Shown here: piece by piece, positions 60,076 through 64,000 of the stretch
How positions within the stretch are numbered: position 1 is the stretch's first letter
Layout: the number at the start of each line of letters is the position of its first letter
Assembly: GCA_963720545.1 (NCBI GenBank)
Contig: OY970399.1
Location: 2,208,001-2,272,000, forward strand
Source of the DNA: an uncultured Acidobacteriota bacterium
Lineage (GTDB): Bacteria; Acidobacteriota; Vicinamibacteria; Fen-336
Length of the DNA stretch: 64,000 bases
Direction: 5' to 3'
Position numbers and translations under genes: made by a program
Notes under the pieces: generated by a model
Seen by the model: only the letters and a program-made list of their open reading frames with translations
Told to the model about the DNA's origin: nothing
Database searches by the model: none

Positions 60076-61903
60076 CGGCGATCTCGTCGGCTTCCACGTC
60101 GATCGGTCCGATGATTCCCGGCGCCACGTCGCTGACGCCGAAGAACTTCATCAGCACCTGGCGGACCACCGGCGCCGCGGCCTCGCCGCCGCTGCCGCCG
60201 TGCTCGACCAGAGCCGCCACCGCGATGCGCGGGTTGTCGACGGGTGCGAACGCCACGAACCAGCCGTGCGGCAGCATCGCGTGCGCCTCGCCCGAGCGCA
60301 CCAGCCGGTCGTGGCCGACCACCTGCGACGAGCCGGTCTTGCCGGCGATGTCGATGCCCTTGATTATGGAGCGCCAGCCGGTGCCGCCGGTGCTGACGAC
60401 GCCGCGCATGCCCTCGATGACGGCGGCGATGCTTTCCTTGTGCAGCCCGAGGTCGCGCGGCTCGGGCCAGCGCTTGACGTCGCCGCGCTCCACCCGCACC
60501 AGGTGCGGCGCCACCAGCTTGCCGCCGTTGCCGACCAGCGCCGCGAGCCGGGCGAGCTGGATCGGCGTCACGCTCACCTGGCCCTGGCCGATCGAGACCG
60601 ACACGGTTTCGCCGGGGTACCACGGCGCCTTCTGGGTGCGCAGCTTCCACAGCTGGCTCGGCACGAGCCCCGAGGACTCGCCCGGCAGGTCGACGCCGCT
60701 CGGCGCGCCGAGCCCCATCAGCGTGGCGTACTTGTGGATGCGCTCGATCTCGAGGCGCACGCCGACGTTGTAGAAGTAGGCGTTGCACGAGCCGGTGAGG
60801 GCGCGCTTCAGGTCGACCCAGCCGTGCCCCGAGCCCTTGTGGCAGCGGAACATGCGGTTGTACATGATCACGTAGCCGGGGCAGAAGAAGCTGGTTTGCG
60901 GCGTGATCAGGCGCTCCTCGAGCGCCGCCAGCGCGGTGACGATCTTGAAGGTGCTGCCCGGCGCGTAGATCGCCTGGATGACGCGGTTGAGGAGCGGTTT
61001 CTGCGGATCGTCGTTCAGCTTGCGCCACAGCGAGATGTCGATGCCGGTCGTGAACGTGTTCGGGTCGTAGGCCGGGGTCGAGGTCATCGCGAGGATGTCG
61101 CCGTTGCGCGGGTCGAGTGCGATCACCGCGCCGGCGCGGCCGGCGAGCGCCTGCTCCGCGGTCTTCTGCAGGCCGGCGTCGAGTGTCAGGCCGAGGTTCG
61201 GCCCGGGTGCCGGCTGCTGGCGGTCTTCGGCCTCGTTCACTTCCATGCCGCGGCTGTTCACCACGATGCGGCGCGCGCCGTCCTGGCCCATGAGGCTGCG
61301 GTTGTAGCCCTGTTCGATGCCGGCCTGGCCGACGAGGTCGCCCGCCTTCAGGTCGACGAACTCCGCCGCCTGCAGCTGGCGCTCGGTGATCTCGCCGACG
61401 CGCCCGAGAGCGTGGGCGCTGGCGGCGGCCAGCGGATAGGAGCGCAGCGGCACCGCGTCCACCCGGGCCTCGGGCAGCTCGAGGCGGCGCGCCTCGATGG
61501 CGGCGACGTCCTCGAGGCTCGCATCGGTCTTGATCACCACCGGCCGCAGCGGCGTGCGCCGCGCGACGCGCTCGCGGATCTGCGCCTCGCCCATGCGCAG
61601 CAGCTGCGCCAGGGTCGCGACACTGCGGTCGACGTCGTCGGTGTGCTCGGGCGTGAAGACGATGTTGAACGAGGGGCGGTTCTCGACCAGCGTCGCGCCC
61701 GAGCGGTCGAGGAGGCGCCCGCGGGGTGCCGCGATCGGCACGGCGCGCACCCGGTTCATCTCGGCCTGCGACTGGTAGTAGCCGCCGCGAATCACCTGCA
61801 GGAACCAGAACTGCACGAGCAGCAGGATGAACGCCACCACCACGCCGTTTTGCACCACCTCGATGCGGCGCTGCAGGAGGTGCAGGTCCTCGTAGATCCT
61901 CAT
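60065..61903 (-). CDS. mrdA: penicillin-binding protein 2
   Basis: APRGR.LDR, PGSTFK (SxxK), SCN, GKTG. Confidence 0.95.
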   Translation of the reverse strand: MRIYEDLHLLQRRIEVVQNGVVVAFILLLVQFWFLQVIRGGYYQSQAEMNRVRAVPIAAPRGRLLDRSGATLVENRPSFNIVFTPEHTDDVDRSVATLAQLLRMGEAQIRERVARRTPLRPVVIKTDASLEDVAAIEARRLELPEARVDAVPLRSYPLAAASAHALGRVGEITERQLQAAEFVDLKAGDLVGQAGIEQGYNRSLMGQDGARRIVVNSRGMEVNEAEDRQQPAPGPNLGLTLDAGLQKTAEQALAGRAGAVIALDPRNGDILAMTSTPAYDPNTFTTGIDISLWRKLNDDPQKPLLNRVIQAIYAPGSTFKIVTALAALEERLITPQTSFFCPGYVIMYNRMFRCHKGSGHGWVDLKRALTGSCNAYFYNVGVRLEIERIHKYATLMGLGAPSGVDLPGESSGLVPSQLWKLRTQKAPWYPGETVSVSIGQGQVSVTPIQLARLAALVGNGGKLVAPHLVRVERGDVKRWPEPRDLGLHKESIAAVIEGMRGVVSTGGTGWRSIIKGIDIAGKTGSSQVVGHDRLVRSGEAHAMLPHGWFVAFAPVDNPRIAVAALVEHGGSGGEAAAPVVRQVLMKFFGVSDVAPGIIGPIDVEADEIADVR

Positions 61904-62385
61904 CGGCGGCCCCTCGCAAGGATACGCCGGTCGGCGAAGGCGAAGATGGCGAGTCCGCAAAGCGCGGTGAGGGCGGCGCGGCCCGCCATCAGGCCGAGCG
62001 AGATGGGCTGTGCCGGCAGGTCGAAGAAAGACACCAGCCGCTCGAACAGGAGCGCGTCCATGAGCGCCGCGCCGAGCACCACCAGCGCCCGCTCGCCGCC
62101 GCCGGTCAGGAACAGGCGCGAAGAGACGAGGCCGACGCAGAAGCCGACGACCAGCTTGGAGAGCGCCGACAGGCCGAGCACCGGGCCGGCGAAGTGCAGG
62201 TCCTGCAGCCAGCCGGCGACGCCGCCGACCAGCATGCCGCTGGTGTCGCCGTGGCGCAGCGCGAAGAACACCACCACCAGCAGGAACGGGTCGAACGCAT
62301 GCGCGGCGGCCGGGCCGACGACGCTGAGCCCGGCTTGCGCGACCAGCGCCAGGGCGAGGCAGATGGCCACCGCGATCAGGTTCAT
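61900..62385 (-). CDS. mreD: rod shape-determining protein MreD
   Basis: Hydrophobic, G.LQD motif; located between mreC and mrdA. Confidence 0.85.
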   Translation of the reverse strand: MNLIAVAICLALALVAQAGLSVVGPAAAHAFDPFLLVVVFFALRHGDTSGMLVGGVAGWLQDLHFAGPVLGLSALSKLVVGFCVGLVSSRLFLTGGGERALVVLGAALMDALLFERLVSFFDLPAQPISLGLMAGRAALTALCGLAIFAFADRRILARGRR

Positions 62386-63305
62386 CGCTGCTGTTTCTTC
62401 ACGCTGGTGAAGTCGGTGGGCAGCGGCTGCGGCGTGTCGAGGATCATCACTTCCTCGAGGCTGTCGAAGCGGGTCGAGGGCGTCACCCGCACTTCCTTGA
62501 AGAGGCCGGTGGACGGCCCGACGTAGCTGACGCGGCCGACCAGCAGGCCGCGCGGATACACCTGGTCGAAGCCCGAGGTGACGACCGAATCGCCCACCGC
62601 GATGTCGGAGACGGCCGACACGTACTTCATCAGCAGGTCGCCGCGCGAGGCGACGTCGAGCGCGCGGTCGAGGTCGCTGCGCTCGTCGAGCGCCGAGCCG
62701 GGGCTGGTGCCCATCTGGCCGGCGACCACGCCGGTGACGCGGCTGCGCTCGCTGGCGACGCCGACGTTGGTGTTGGGGTCGAGCAGCACCTGCACCTTGG
62801 CGGCGCGCTCCGCCAGCTCGATCACGCGGCCGACGACGCCCGACGAGCTGATGACGGCGGCATTGAGCGCGACGCCGTCGCCGCGGCCCTTGTCGATCAT
62901 CACCACCTGGAACCACGGCAAGGCGTCGCGGGCGATGATGCGCGCGACCGCGGTGCGCACCGGCAGCACCTTGCGGATGCCGACCAGCTCGCGCAGCCGC
63001 GCCGCCTCCTGGCCGTCCTCGCGCGCGCCCGCCAAGTCGCCCTCGAGGGTCGCCACCTGCTTGCGCAACCCATCATTCTCGCTGCGCGCACGGCGCAGGT
63101 CGACGTAGCCGAACCACACGCCCTTGACGCCGCGCACCACCGCCGACACCGCGCGCTCGATGGGCAGCGTCAGCGTGTACACGGCGCGGCTCAGGAACGA
63201 GGTGCCGCCGCGCGCGTCCACCTGGCGGCTGATGAGCGCCAGGTGCACGAGCACCAGTCCCAGCAGGAGGTAACGGCTCGAACGTCGCTCGACCGCCTGT
63301 GCCAC
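62382..63305 (-). CDS. mreC: rod shape-determining protein MreC
   Basis: TM helix + coiled coil; IDKG..DGV, GVVGRV, VVTSG...YP.GL.VG. Confidence 0.92.
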   Translation of the reverse strand: MAQAVERRSSRYLLLGLVLVHLALISRQVDARGGTSFLSRAVYTLTLPIERAVSAVVRGVKGVWFGYVDLRRARSENDGLRKQVATLEGDLAGAREDGQEAARLRELVGIRKVLPVRTAVARIIARDALPWFQVVMIDKGRGDGVALNAAVISSSGVVGRVIELAERAAKVQVLLDPNTNVGVASERSRVTGVVAGQMGTSPGSALDERSDLDRALDVASRGDLLMKYVSAVSDIAVGDSVVTSGFDQVYPRGLLVGRVSYVGPSTGLFKEVRVTPSTRFDSLEEVMILDTPQPLPTDFTSVKKQQR

Positions 63306-63312
63306 TTGGCGC

Positions 63313-64000
<688 letters not shown>

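Overview
High-GC diderm bacterial chromosome segment spanning the replication origin. Gene order and protein style suggest Acidobacteriota (Vicinamibacteria-like); this is inference, not a database result. It is mostly core genome: rplU-rpmA-obgE-nadD-rsfS, dksA, lpxC, glmU(half)-glmS-pcrA, gyrA-gyrB-recF-dnaN-dnaA / oriC / rpmH-rnpA-yidD-yidC-khpB-rsmG-parS-parA-parB-bactofilin-selD, F1 ATPase genes atpHAGDC, a wzm/wzt glycan export cluster, mfd, two parvulin chaperones and mreBCD-mrdA-rodA-rng. No CRISPR array, rRNA, tRNA or mobile element was recognised. Main points of interest: (1) two sigma54 (-24/-12) promoters with similarly placed IHF-like sites, in front of lpxC and of an uncharacterised TPR + lipoprotein + metallopeptidase/beta-propeller/Omp85 operon; (2) a sensor-less sigma54 activator with both glutamate-switch residues substituted (Walker B DE>DQ, N>H), coupled to the ribosomal operon; (3) an ECF sigma-STAS-unknown-DUF1573 module lacking a recognisable anti-sigma, preceded by an apparently metal-dead S1/P1-PLC-fold protein; (4) a stand-alone acetyltransferase half of GlmU; (5) paired methyltransferases with Ig-like domains next to wzm/wzt; (6) a +1 frameshift in nadD; (7) a probable bipartite oriC with a DnaA-trio-like element.
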